Positions 25,565 through 34,793 of a DNA stretch of 64,000 nt are shown piece by piece. This stretch comes from a virus. The stretch is from IMG/VR virus record IMGVR_UViG_3300017782_000001, one strand, 5' to 3'. Numbering within the stretch: position 1 is the stretch's first letter; each line of letters starts with the position of its first letter. The notes beneath the pieces were generated by a model. It searched no databases. It had not been told where the DNA came from and saw only the letters and a program-made list of their open reading frames with translations. Made by a program: the position numbers and the translations under genes.

Positions 25565-26755
25565 CTACATAAAGACTTCTAATGTGTTAGGCTCAGATTC
25601 ATACCAAAAGGTTTGTGATTTATTGTCTTGAATTGCAAAGTTAGATCCAACCAATTCAATATCATCTTCAACAAATCTTTTAACGTTTGCAGCCATGTCA
25701 GATGCTGTTGTAACTGGAACATTCTGACAAATCATATTTAGATTTTTTACTCCGCCAACCAATTGAAAGTCTTTAGGCATTTTCATAATATCTAAACATT
25801 CTCTAATTGACAAATATCTATCAGCATCTGGGTGTGTAAGCATAATAGGCATATGACCTACAAAGGCTCCAATGTAATCCTTTGGGATTTCAGTAGTCTT
25901 ACGCATAATGTTACCACCTGCTTTTAACTTATCTCCCATACGAATACATTTTTGAGAATGACTTTCGTATCCTTCTTTTATCATCCACTTAGACATATCA
26001 TAATAGTTACCACCGTTATCTTCAAAGTAATGAAGAACATTAGTAGTTTTTTCTATTCTTTTAGCAAATTCTATATGATCAATTCCACCTAACATTTCTT
26101 TTAAGATGAATTGATAAAAAGGATTGTCTGAAGGCTTTTCCTTTTGCACAATGATTTTAGACATAGGATCTTCATCATTTCTTGCAGAAGATCTAATTTG
26201 GTCTTCAATCTTCATATGTGGTCTTTTATAAAATTCGAATTTAGGTACAGCCTTTCCTTTCCAAAAGAAAAAGAATGCTCTATCACGAATTTGACTTAAT
26301 CCATGAAGCAATGATTTTGTTTTATACAAACTAAACGTGTATCCATTGTCTTTGGCGAGTTGTCTTAATTGTTTTACAACAGGCTCACCCATTTTAGATG
26401 CAAGTCTTGGTGCATTCTCACCCCACAATACTTTAGGTTGTACATTTTCAAGAACGTATTGAGAAGATTTAATCATCCAGTCGTTATGTTCGTGATCAGA
26501 GCGTGAACTAACACTAAGACTAGACAAACCTGCGCAAGGACAAACAGAATTGACCACGTCCACTTTAGAAGCGGTATGAGATACTTCATCAAGTTTATAG
26601 TAAGGAATACGATTCCCATAATGATTAAGAAGTTGGCTATCATTTGCTTCAAATCCCGAGTATGATAAAACGTATTCGGGTTCATTACCAAACACGTTTT
26701 CCATAGCAAAAGTTTCACCGCCTATGAGCGGAACAATACTTGCATAACTAGTCAT
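25565..26755 (-). CDS. DNA C5-cytosine methyltransferase-like protein with atypical motif I
   Basis: CPCAGLS (IV), ENAP (VI), QIRDR.FF (VIII), RYLSIREC....P.DF (IX), QNVP (X); motif I reads VPLIGG. Confidence 0.75.
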   Translation of the reverse strand: MTSYASIVPLIGGETFAMENVFGNEPEYVLSYSGFEANDSQLLNHYGNRIPYYKLDEVSHTASKVDVVNSVCPCAGLSSLSVSSRSDHEHNDWMIKSSQYVLENVQPKVLWGENAPRLASKMGEPVVKQLRQLAKDNGYTFSLYKTKSLLHGLSQIRDRAFFFFWKGKAVPKFEFYKRPHMKIEDQIRSSARNDEDPMSKIIVQKEKPSDNPFYQFILKEMLGGIDHIEFAKRIEKTTNVLHYFEDNGGNYYDMSKWMIKEGYESHSQKCIRMGDKLKAGGNIMRKTTEIPKDYIGAFVGHMPIMLTHPDADRYLSIRECLDIMKMPKDFQLVGGVKNLNMICQNVPVTTASDMAANVKRFVEDDIELVGSNFAIQDNKSQTFWYESEPNTLEVFM

Positions 26756-27584
26756 AATTTACATTCTGTTCTTTCTCTCTAGAATCCTTTTCATACGTTG
26801 ACCTAATTTTATTATTGGCTGTAATAACGTCTTTAAGGATAGAGAATTCTGGATCAAAGTATGATAAAGCTTTTGTATCTTTAGGGAAACAAGCACCACC
26901 AAAACCGCGCTTCCCATCAAAGCCAGGTACAATAGTGTGGCTATGACCAATCCTAGGATCATTGGCAATAGCAGAAATAATCCGGTTATAATTTCCATGG
27001 CCGTTAACAGTATCGTAAAACTGATTGAACCAGAGGACTTTTGTAGCGAGGAAACTGTTGATTCCATATTTGATAAGGCTTGCTTCAGCAATTGACACAT
27101 GGAAGACAGGACATGGACGGCAAAGCGAACAGGTTTCGAAAAGCTCTTCGATGAATCTACAAGTGCCTGGGTCACCACCGAATACGTGCATTTTAGGATT
27201 AATAAAGTCTTCATTTGCATTTTTTTCAGTAAGGAATTCAGGGTTATAAACAATTCTATCTCTAGCTAAATTTGCTAGCTCCATCATAATATCAGGAGTC
27301 ACTGTAGATTTAACTACAACAAAACCTTTTGTCTTATCTATTAGTTCTTTAACTACCTTTGTAACAATACTTGCATCGATTTTTCCGTCATCTGACATTG
27401 GTGTAGGTACTGCAACAAAAGTAACATCAGGATCAAATTTTGTTAAGTCGTCTATAGTTGTATCAATATTAGGATCTACAATAAACTTCTTTACATCACG
27501 TTGACTAAAGCCATAGTCAACAGCTTTACCTACAAAGCCGTGACCAACAATGCCAATCAAAGGAGTTCTAGTATGATTAAACAT
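26748..27584 (-). CDS. ugd: UDP-glucose 6-dehydrogenase (short form)
   Basis: GHGFVG, VAVPTP, KSTVTP, YNPEFL, GFGGACFPKD; start adjusted to MFNHT. Confidence 0.85.
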   Translation of the reverse strand: MFNHTRTPLIGIVGHGFVGKAVDYGFSQRDVKKFIVDPNIDTTIDDLTKFDPDVTFVAVPTPMSDDGKIDASIVTKVVKELIDKTKGFVVVKSTVTPDIMMELANLARDRIVYNPEFLTEKNANEDFINPKMHVFGGDPGTCRFIEELFETCSLCRPCPVFHVSIAEASLIKYGINSFLATKVLWFNQFYDTVNGHGNYNRIISAIANDPRIGHSHTIVPGFDGKRGFGGACFPKDTKALSYFDPEFSILKDVITANNKIRSTYEKDSREKEQNVNYD

Positions 27585-28546
27585 TAATTGACTCCATAAT
27601 ATTTTTTGTACCATGTAATAAATTGACTTACACCTTCTTTAATAGAAGTAGTAGGTTTATATCCAAGTTTTTGAATTTTAGTTGTATCTGACCAAGTTTC
27701 AGGAGTATCGGCAGGATGCGCTGGTGTAAGATTTCTTTCAGCTTTACGTCCAAGATTTTTTTCAATCTCATCTACAAACTCAACCAATTCTACTTGCTCA
27801 CCATAACCAATACAGAAAACTTCATGGTCAACTTCTTGATTATCATTAAGAATATTTTCAGCTACAATCTTAACGCCTTGTACAATATCATCAACGTAAG
27901 TAAAGTCTCGTTTCATATCACCATAGTTGTATAGATCAATAGGCGTACCTGCTACAATACCATCAGCAAACTTAAACAGTGCCATATCTGGTCGACCATA
28001 AGGACCATAGACAGTAAAGAAGCGAAGACCAGCAGATTTTACAACAGTGCTGTGTGCAAACTGACATTCGTTTACATACTTAGACCAACCATACGGATTG
28101 TTTTGTAGGGCTGGACGATCATCTTCATTCCACGGCAAAGGCTGGCCATGCATGACACATGAGCTTGATGCGTATACAATCGGAACTTTATTTCTTTCAG
28201 CGCCTTCAATAAGACGTTGTGTACCTGAAATATTAGTATCAATATATGGCTGTGGTTCTGCCATTGCATGTCGTGGATTTGCATATGCTGCAAGGTGAAT
28301 CACTAAGTCTACATTTTTTAAGATACTATGAAAATTTACATTTTCAATATTACCAACAATTATATTTTCTGGATCTAATCCATTAGCAATAAGTAAAGCT
28401 TCTCTATCATGCTTAAGCTTTGGATCGTAGTAATTGTTAAAGTTGTCAATACCGCTAACGTGATAACCTGCATCCATTAACTTTTTTGCTGTGTGGTATC
28501 CAATCATTCCGGCAATACCGGTTATAAAAATCTTTTTAGGTTTCAT
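27584..28546 (-). CDS. NAD-dependent epimerase, UDP-glucuronate 4-epimerase-like
   Basis: TGIAGMIG, IDNFNNYYDPKLK, YGWSK, LRFFTVYGPYGRPDMALFKF, RDFTYVDD. Confidence 0.85.
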   Translation of the reverse strand: MKPKKIFITGIAGMIGYHTAKKLMDAGYHVSGIDNFNNYYDPKLKHDREALLIANGLDPENIIVGNIENVNFHSILKNVDLVIHLAAYANPRHAMAEPQPYIDTNISGTQRLIEGAERNKVPIVYASSSCVMHGQPLPWNEDDRPALQNNPYGWSKYVNECQFAHSTVVKSAGLRFFTVYGPYGRPDMALFKFADGIVAGTPIDLYNYGDMKRDFTYVDDIVQGVKIVAENILNDNQEVDHEVFCIGYGEQVELVEFVDEIEKNLGRKAERNLTPAHPADTPETWSDTTKIQKLGYKPTTSIKEGVSQFITWYKKYYGVN

Positions 28547-29772
28547 ACGAAAAACTCCTCTAGTCCCTGTGATTGATTGTCTGGTGTTTTGTCAATTTTA
28601 TTGAATATATCAGGGAATGACACATCCGGTCCATTGTGCGATGCATAATATTCATAAGCCATTTCACGCCATTCGTCACGCATTACATTATCTTTTCTAA
28701 GCTTATTTATGATTTCAATAGTTTCTGTCCAATCGCTACCTACTTCGCCTGCCCATATCGTACCAGTGTTTTTATCTGCAGTAAGCCTATTGCCAGTTTG
28801 CAAGTGTGTACAATGATCACCAAAAGCTTTTCTAAAAATTGGAACTACACCAACAGCAGCAATTTCTAAGTGAGTAAATTCAATAAAGTTTTGAATGTAT
28901 TCAGGTTGAAGAGTTGTCAACTGAAAACCAAAGCCACAGCGTGACATACGTTCTAGCATTTCAGCATGTTTGAATGCACCGAAAACATAAGCTTTTCCAC
29001 CGGGTGATGTTTGAACATCAAAGTCTTCTGCCATTTCGTGGAATTCAAATTTTTCGCGGATATCAACAAACTGAATTGATTTTTCCATTCCTTCTAATGT
29101 ATACAAAGGATCAGGCAAACTTTTCTGCAAGTCGAACATAACATCGAAACCTTTCCAGTATGCAGACCTGCCAATCCATTTCAAGTGATTAGGATCTTGA
29201 TCTTCAATAGGTTTCCAATATTGTTTACGAATGCTTTCTACATTAACACCATTACAAAAGCTATATGAACTAGCTTTAGCACCAAGATTTCTACAGTAAT
29301 CCATAAAAGGACTTTTAGTAGAATATGATAGAATAACGTTTGCAGATTTGATAACGTCATCAAGTAAAGCATTACGCTTGATTGACATCATTTTGTGATC
29401 GTGTTGAATCATAACTTTTTTAGTCGTGATTCCATTAATCAACTTACCAAAGTTTTCAATACAATCATCAGGGTGACCTTTAGAAGGTAGTGAACCAATA
29501 AGTACTACATCAGCATTATTGCAATCTTCAACAATTAATTCAGTGCCGCAGATCGTATCACCACGAGCAGGTTTATTACCCCACTTCCACTGTTTAATAT
29601 TTTCATCTAAATAATGAGATGCGGCACGTGTCCACTTTTTATCACTAGGTGCATAGACTGTATAATCCCACCCCTGTTTTAGTGCCCAGTCTTTTAGTTC
29701 GAGTGTAAATCGAGTTACGCCGCAGCCTTCAATGCCGCGGCCTAAAATATGTACAACTTTCATACTTTTCAC
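28543..29772 (-). CDS. agt: T4 DNA alpha-glucosyltransferase homologue (GT-B)
   Basis: GRGIEGCGVTRF, DKKWTR..SH, QHDH, RN and EFTHLE match recalled T4 AGT motifs (ARGLEGCGVTKF...QHDH). Confidence 0.85.
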   Translation of the reverse strand: MKSMKVVHILGRGIEGCGVTRFTLELKDWALKQGWDYTVYAPSDKKWTRAASHYLDENIKQWKWGNKPARGDTICGTELIVEDCNNADVVLIGSLPSKGHPDDCIENFGKLINGITTKKVMIQHDHKMMSIKRNALLDDVIKSANVILSYSTKSPFMDYCRNLGAKASSYSFCNGVNVESIRKQYWKPIEDQDPNHLKWIGRSAYWKGFDVMFDLQKSLPDPLYTLEGMEKSIQFVDIREKFEFHEMAEDFDVQTSPGGKAYVFGAFKHAEMLERMSRCGFGFQLTTLQPEYIQNFIEFTHLEIAAVGVVPIFRKAFGDHCTHLQTGNRLTADKNTGTIWAGEVGSDWTETIEIINKLRKDNVMRDEWREMAYEYYASHNGPDVSFPDIFNKIDKTPDNQSQGLEEFFV

Positions 29773-29792
29773 CTGTCTTTATTATAATAGTT

Positions 29793-29821
29793 ATTATATC
29801 ATATATATGAGGGTTTGTACA
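29793..29821 (-). promoter_or_regulatory. Early promoter for the agt-epimerase-ugd-MTase unit
   Basis: TGTACA-N17-TATAAT. Confidence 0.75.
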
Positions 29822-29829
29822 CCAAAAAA

Positions 29830-30324
29830 TTAATCTTTTTTCGGTTTAAGCTTAACAACGTTATCGTTAGATGGTCCGTCATCCAAATCAACAAATTCAT
29901 ATACTATACCTGCTTCGTCAAACATTTCAAATGTTAAGCTTGCAGAGTTTTTCCAATCATCTGGAATAACCTGATCAACCATTACTACTCGTTCAATGCC
30001 TACTTGGATAATACCCTTAGCACAATCGCTACAAACAGGTAAACCATATACGTATAGTGTTGAACCAGCAAGAGATACACCATTCCATGATGAATTATAT
30101 ATGACATTCATTTCTGCATGAACTACATATTTGTACTTTGTTGGTCTATCATTATATCTTTCAGGAAAATCTTCAATGTCTCGTGGAAAGCCGTTATATC
30201 CTTGAGATAAAACTTCACCGTTATGACCAACAGCTACTGCACCAATTTTTCTTGAAGGATCTTTAGACCATGAAGCAATATGCTTAGCCAATTCAAGATA
30301 ACGTTTATCCCACTTATCATACAT
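29830..30324 (-). CDS. cd: dCMP deaminase
   Basis: SKDPS..IGAV, GYNG, HAE, PVC..C. Confidence 0.9.
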   Translation of the reverse strand: MYDKWDKRYLELAKHIASWSKDPSRKIGAVAVGHNGEVLSQGYNGFPRDIEDFPERYNDRPTKYKYVVHAEMNVIYNSSWNGVSLAGSTLYVYGLPVCSDCAKGIIQVGIERVVMVDQVIPDDWKNSASLTFEMFDEAGIVYEFVDLDDGPSNDNVVKLKPKKD

Positions 30325-30668
30325 TACGATTTACCACCTGATGTTTTACGTTTAATATCATTGTGATTGAATTCAGCCCAATACAATTCAAAAGCAACGC
30401 CGTCTTCAATTCCAACAAATTGGTGATAGAGACCAGGCTTTACTTTTGTAAAATCGCCAGGATACAAAATAGTTTCATCAACTAATCCTTGATCTGCTTG
30501 CCATACTCTAATCAGCATAGTGCCTGACTCTACATAAAAGCCATTCCACTTAAATTCATGCTTATGTTCTGAACATTGCATTCCTGCTTTATATTCAATT
30601 CGATGGAACTCACATGCACCGTTTGCTTCAACTAATTCTGTTTGACCCCAAACTTTTCCTGCAATCAT
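30324..30668 (-). CDS. Cupin (sugar isomerase-like)
   Basis: KVWG, CSEHKH..K...FYVESG, PGLYHQF. Confidence 0.75.
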   Translation of the reverse strand: MIAGKVWGQTELVEANGACEFHRIEYKAGMQCSEHKHEFKWNGFYVESGTMLIRVWQADQGLVDETILYPGDFTKVKPGLYHQFVGIEDGVAFELYWAEFNHNDIKRKTSGGKS

Positions 30669-31366
30669 GACTTTACCAATTCAAAATGTTTTTCATAAAC
30701 ATGCAAGTTTTGTACTTGCCATGTTATACTACCAACTTTCATATCTTTACGATAGTCTGCGTCAGCAGCACTCATCATGTATTCATAGTTGTATGCTCGA
30801 GTTAATTCTTCTAAAACATACTGCTGCCAAGCATAGTCATTCTTGTATCCGAACACAACATCGTTTGAGCGCATTTGGACCACAGCGTGGATTGAGCCAT
30901 CGCGTAAATAATAAGTGACAGCATTAGTACATATAAAATCATTTTTATCATGTGCATTAAACTCTGACCAAATTGAAGGGCGATTATAAATCATAGAAGC
31001 ACGACGGCTATCCATATTATATAGCAATTCATTTAGAGCATTATCGAATTGACGATAATATGTGTCACTAAAAATTAGTTGACCATAGTTACTATTAATT
31101 TCACCATGCGAGTTTGCTGCGTACTGCCATGCTTTAGGTGGCTCATCACCATAAGGAATGTCATTAATGTTTGTTGAGCAACCAATGTACCAATCGATTT
31201 CTGCATCAATATAGTCTTGATTAGGCGTGCCGAAAATAGCAGGCTCATCTGCAACAAAGCAAGCGCCAAGCATTTCAATAGTTTTTTGACCGGTTCGATC
31301 TACAGTAAACCTTTCACCTTTAAGTGCGTCTATAAAAAACTCACGAATATCACTTACGCTTTGCAT
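30665..31366 (-). CDS. gp42: dCMP hydroxymethylase (thymidylate synthase fold)
   Basis: NSNYG, DFICT, MRSNDVVFGYKNDYAWQ (T4: MRSNDVVFGFRNDYAWQ, with the cytosine-specifying Asp), LHVY. Confidence 0.88.
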   Translation of the reverse strand: MQSVSDIREFFIDALKGERFTVDRTGQKTIEMLGACFVADEPAIFGTPNQDYIDAEIDWYIGCSTNINDIPYGDEPPKAWQYAANSHGEINSNYGQLIFSDTYYRQFDNALNELLYNMDSRRASMIYNRPSIWSEFNAHDKNDFICTNAVTYYLRDGSIHAVVQMRSNDVVFGYKNDYAWQQYVLEELTRAYNYEYMMSAADADYRKDMKVGSITWQVQNLHVYEKHFELVKS

Positions 31367-31766
31367 TACTTACTCTCCTTCTTAGACCACTAGTTGAAAA
31401 TCTGTGGTCACGCTTATTAAAATACAATTCAATATCTCGATGTTTACAAATATCTCTACCTGTAAAATCTTTATCTCGGTATTCTTCACCAAGAATTCTT
31501 ACATGGATAGTTTTCATTTGTAGAATATCTTCTAAGTCAGCTTCGTAGTAATAAGGTATGATTTCATCTACATATCTTACTGCAGCTAGCTGCGTGTGTC
31601 TTTCTACAATTGATTGGATAGGCGTGTTTTTAGTGTCACGATCTGCGGTTGGATCTATTTGCAAGGCGCAAATAAGATAATCACATTTAGACTTTGCTTC
31701 ACGTAGCATTTCAATATGGCCAGCGTGAAGCAAATCAAACGTTGATGCTGTAAGGCCTATCTTCAT
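31350..31766 (-). CDS. tagD: Glycerol-3-phosphate cytidylyltransferase-like
   Basis: STFDLLHAGH, YVDEIIPY, R.HRFSTS. Confidence 0.75.
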   Translation of the reverse strand: MKIGLTASTFDLLHAGHIEMLREAKSKCDYLICALQIDPTADRDTKNTPIQSIVERHTQLAAVRYVDEIIPYYYEADLEDILQMKTIHVRILGEEYRDKDFTGRDICKHRDIELYFNKRDHRFSTSGLRRRVSNAKRK

Positions 31767-32089
31767 TTCTTTGGCCTATTAAACATATCGTTATTAGGAT
31801 CCTGTCCATCCATTTCACCACGCATATATGATACAGCAAAAGACGCATAATTAATAAGATCCATAAACGTATCTTCAAGAGATTCGTGATTAGGTTCTTG
31901 ACCAGACTCAAGTAAAGAAGCAGCACGCATCATTTTACCATGCATGATATCGTAGATAGTATCTACACCTCGACGATAGTGCATAGCTTGCACTACGTTA
32001 GATTTAGCAGACTGATAGTCTTGGCCTTTTTTAATTTGTAATGCAATACATTCTTGCAAAACTTTTACAGACTGGCGCTCATTGCTCAT
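31763..32089 (-). CDS. Nucleotide-modification-associated helical protein (DUF1599-like)
   Basis: KGQDY...K..R...ESLEDTFMDLINYA. Confidence 0.6.
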   Translation of the reverse strand: MSNERQSVKVLQECIALQIKKGQDYQSAKSNVVQAMHYRRGVDTIYDIMHGKMMRAASLLESGQEPNHESLEDTFMDLINYASFAVSYMRGEMDGQDPNNDMFNRPKK

Positions 32090-32276
32090 TACTTGAACTC
32101 CATACGCTATTTAGATCGCTTTGAATTTCATCAAAAGCATATAGCGCAGAATTATATTGAAACGTATGTTTACCAAACTGCACTTCAGCTTTATCAACAA
32201 ATACATTTCTACTTTCATTAAAGTTTTCTTCAGCGAAAACCTGACCTTCATAAAAGGCTTGACCTGTTTTTGACAT
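32079..32276 (-). CDS. Hypothetical early protein
   Basis: GGAG RBS, translationally coupled. Confidence 0.6.
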   Translation of the reverse strand: MSKTGQAFYEGQVFAEENFNESRNVFVDKAEVQFGKHTFQYNSALYAFDEIQSDLNSVWSSSNEQ

Positions 32277-32464
32277 TATATATTACTCCTTAAACACATT
32301 GCTGATCCAGCTATTATACCACAAAGTCCAACAGAAGTAAACACTAATAATTCAGAAAGTGACAAAGCGTTTTCCATACAATCGCCGTCACAATCAGAAC
32401 CTGCTGCACCAATTACTAAAAAGAAACCTACAAAAATAAGAGCACTTCCAATTACATTTTTCAT
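32276..32464 (-). CDS. Small 2-TM membrane protein
   Basis: Two hydrophobic helices around GSDCDGDC. Confidence 0.6.
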   Translation of the reverse strand: MKNVIGSALIFVGFFLVIGAAGSDCDGDCMENALSLSELLVFTSVGLCGIIAGSAMCLRSNI

Positions 32465-32676
32465 TATTTACACTCCTCAACTGTTACTTTATACTGCTTA
32501 CCATTCCAGTCAGTTAAAGTAAGAAACTTTGAAGTTGATTGCATATAACCTTCTTTAGCTAAATCAAAATCAACAACACCTGAAGTAATATTACCATCAG
32601 TAACTTTGGCAATATTATCTTTAATTGCATAAGCAATCATATCACAATAAGCTAAATTCATTATACGATACTCCAA
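32464..32676 (-). CDS. Hypothetical early protein
   Basis: Coupled ORF in the early operon. Confidence 0.55.
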   Translation of the reverse strand: MEYRIMNLAYCDMIAYAIKDNIAKVTDGNITSGVVDFDLAKEGYMQSTSKFLTLTDWNGKQYKVTVEECK

Positions 32677-32936
32677 CCAAAGTTTTCTACCAAGAAGTCA
32701 TTACCTTTATCTTCAGCAATGGCTACACAGATGGCTTCACGAACGATTGTATCACGGCTGCTAAGATATTTAGCGGCAGTTGGCATATTAGCACCATTGC
32801 TTTCAGTGATGAAGTTATATACAACTTCTGCATCGTTTGCATCTGCAAGGTACATATCAGCCATATCTTCGGCAATTGCCCAATCTGATTTAGCTTGGTT
32901 TTTATAAGATTTGATTAGTGATTTTAAGTTTTTCAT
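32661..32936 (-). CDS. Hypothetical early protein
   Basis: First gene after the promoter; start adjusted to MKNLK. Confidence 0.65.
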   Translation of the reverse strand: MKNLKSLIKSYKNQAKSDWAIAEDMADMYLADANDAEVVYNFITESNGANMPTAAKYLSSRDTIVREAICVAIAEDKGNDFLVENFGWSIV

Positions 32937-32940
32937 TTTT

Positions 32941-33036
32941 CTTTTCCTTTTCCATTTTATAGATCTATTATACACCATTTCTTCTCAAAAGTAAAGGAAA
33001 AAGTGCATTTTTATATTCAACAAAAACAAAGGCTTA
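32941..33036 (-). promoter_or_regulatory. Early promoter module, near-duplicate of 3001-3108
   Basis: TTTACT(32990-32995)-N17-TATAAT(32967-32972) with the shared leader. Confidence 0.8.
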
Positions 33037-33459
33037 TGATTTTTTTGTAAATTTTTTTCCATTCCACTGGTATATTCCTTCATGAATATACTCTTTAGAC
33101 TTCTTATTATTGATAAAAATATAGACAATATCAGGGTATTTACGCCATGTTTCAAGTTTAGCTGCTTGACATCTAGCTAATACATAAGGAACGTTTCCAA
33201 GGTGTTCAGTACATTTAACTTCTATTAGATCACCTTGTGGATCTATCAGATCTTTGTATGGACGCTCATCATCCATCCATCCAGTTTCAATCAGGTATTG
33301 TTCTGCAGCATGACCGTATAAGGTTACTTCATATATTTCATTAAGAGTTCTACCTCGAGCAGTAGAAGGTTTTCTATGAATTTGTTTTGCTTCATTCATA
33401 GCCCTTTCACTCCATTCATGTTTGTCTTGTATATCATCAATGCTAAAGCTCATATCCAT
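33034..33459 (-). CDS. Hypothetical PD-(D/E)xK nuclease-like protein
   Basis: GHAAE...YKDL....IEVK; start adjusted to MDMSF. Confidence 0.5.
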   Translation of the reverse strand: MDMSFSIDDIQDKHEWSERAMNEAKQIHRKPSTARGRTLNEIYEVTLYGHAAEQYLIETGWMDDERPYKDLIDPQGDLIEVKCTEHLGNVPYVLARCQAAKLETWRKYPDIVYIFINNKKSKEYIHEGIYQWNGKKFTKKS

Positions 33460-33460
33460 A

Positions 33461-34393
33461 TTAAATATTTCTGTACACGTATTCGATTGCACGATCTGCC
33501 TCCTTATCAAGTGGACGATTTTCATACCAATTACCTGTGTCAGTATCAAACTGTCGACATAGTTGAGATACTTCAGCTGCAGTAATTGGATATTTTTTAG
33601 TTACGGCGTTGCTTGCTGTTGCTACCATAATCTGATACATTTTGTGATACCAACCTGTACCACTAATAGTTCTATACTCATTAGCAAGCTTTTTAGGAAA
33701 GAAGGGACAATCGTGATATGATGTCCAATTGACATTAGTGTTATCCATTTGAGATTTACGATAAGATGTAATCGCTTGTCTCATTTCTTCTGGCATTCTA
33801 TCAAGAAATGAATTGCCAGTTGATTTTATAGGCATTGGATGTTTTCTAATTAATTCGTCCGGGTCAATAGTATTGCCGTTACGATTACTGAATATAAAAT
33901 TATTAGCACCATTATAGTTGCCTGGGATGTAATACATGCGAGACAAGTCTTTAGTCTGCTTATCTCCAAGTTCTCCGAGCTCACTTTGGAGCGCATACCA
34001 GAAGGCTTTGATTCTATCTCGTTCAACACCATATGCAAGTGGGAATACAAGTCTGAATTTCGGTACATCAATAGTAGAGCTAGCAGTAGAATAACACACC
34101 CAACGCCAACTACCAAAAAGTTTGTTAAGAGCATCAAATAAATCTCCTTCAAATTCGAAATCATCAACATCGACTGCACACCACATAGACCATTCAACTA
34201 CATTATCATTTGCACGTGTTGTGTTGGGTTTATATACAGCAGGTGACATTAGTTCTGCGTCTTGTTTTCCTTTCCTAGGCTTTTCAGCAAGTTGATATAA
34301 GACGCGTTCAAACGCATTGAAGTCATGAACATCAACTCGTTTGTCTGTCTTATTATCAAATATACTATTGAAAAGCGTTAGGGATAATGCCAT
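33461..34393 (-). CDS. DNA primase, AEP/primase-polymerase type
   Basis: AVDVDD catalytic DxD, YSTASS...PKFRLVFPL, D.QTKDLSRMYYIP. Confidence 0.8.
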   Translation of the reverse strand: MALSLTLFNSIFDNKTDKRVDVHDFNAFERVLYQLAEKPRKGKQDAELMSPAVYKPNTTRANDNVVEWSMWCAVDVDDFEFEGDLFDALNKLFGSWRWVCYSTASSTIDVPKFRLVFPLAYGVERDRIKAFWYALQSELGELGDKQTKDLSRMYYIPGNYNGANNFIFSNRNGNTIDPDELIRKHPMPIKSTGNSFLDRMPEEMRQAITSYRKSQMDNTNVNWTSYHDCPFFPKKLANEYRTISGTGWYHKMYQIMVATASNAVTKKYPITAAEVSQLCRQFDTDTGNWYENRPLDKEADRAIEYVYRNI

Positions 34394-34793
34394 GGTTTCC
34401 TCTATGTGTTGGAGCTTCCCAGCCTTCAGGTTTAATTAAATCAGGCATTCCTAATGGATTAGGGCGTGATTCTTTTACACCAACTTCTTTATCGAGATTA
34501 GCACGAAGCACTTCATCCCAAGCTCGATATGTATCTACTCCAAAAGCATCTAACGTGCCAAGAGCGACAACTACCAAATCAATAAGACCATCAACTACTT
34601 CTTCAGAATCTTTTTCATCGACAGCTTTTTCTGTTTCTTGTAGTTCTTCCATAAGAAATGAAAGACGAAACTTTAAGAACTTTTTCATTAGTTCTTTGTT
34701 ATCTTTATTTTCGGCTATCCACTTATGGACACCATATTTTTGATGCATAAAATTTATGTCATAAGGTAAGTCGCCTTTGAAAGGTGCACTCAT
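34365..34793 (-). CDS. MazG/PRA-PH-like NTP pyrophosphohydrolase
   Basis: EELQE..EEVVDGLIDL, V..AN..K, DLIKPEGW..P. Confidence 0.85.
   Translation of the reverse strand: MSAPFKGDLPYDINFMHQKYGVHKWIAENKDNKELMKKFLKFRLSFLMEELQETEKAVDEKDSEEVVDGLIDLVVVALGTLDAFGVDTYRAWDEVLRANLDKEVGVKESRPNPLGMPDLIKPEGWEAPTHRGNHGIIPNAFQ

Noticed and set aside
30665-31366. Second thymidylate synthase (ThyA)
   Set aside because: Motifs match T4 gp42 including the cytosine-specifying Asp, and ThyX is already present
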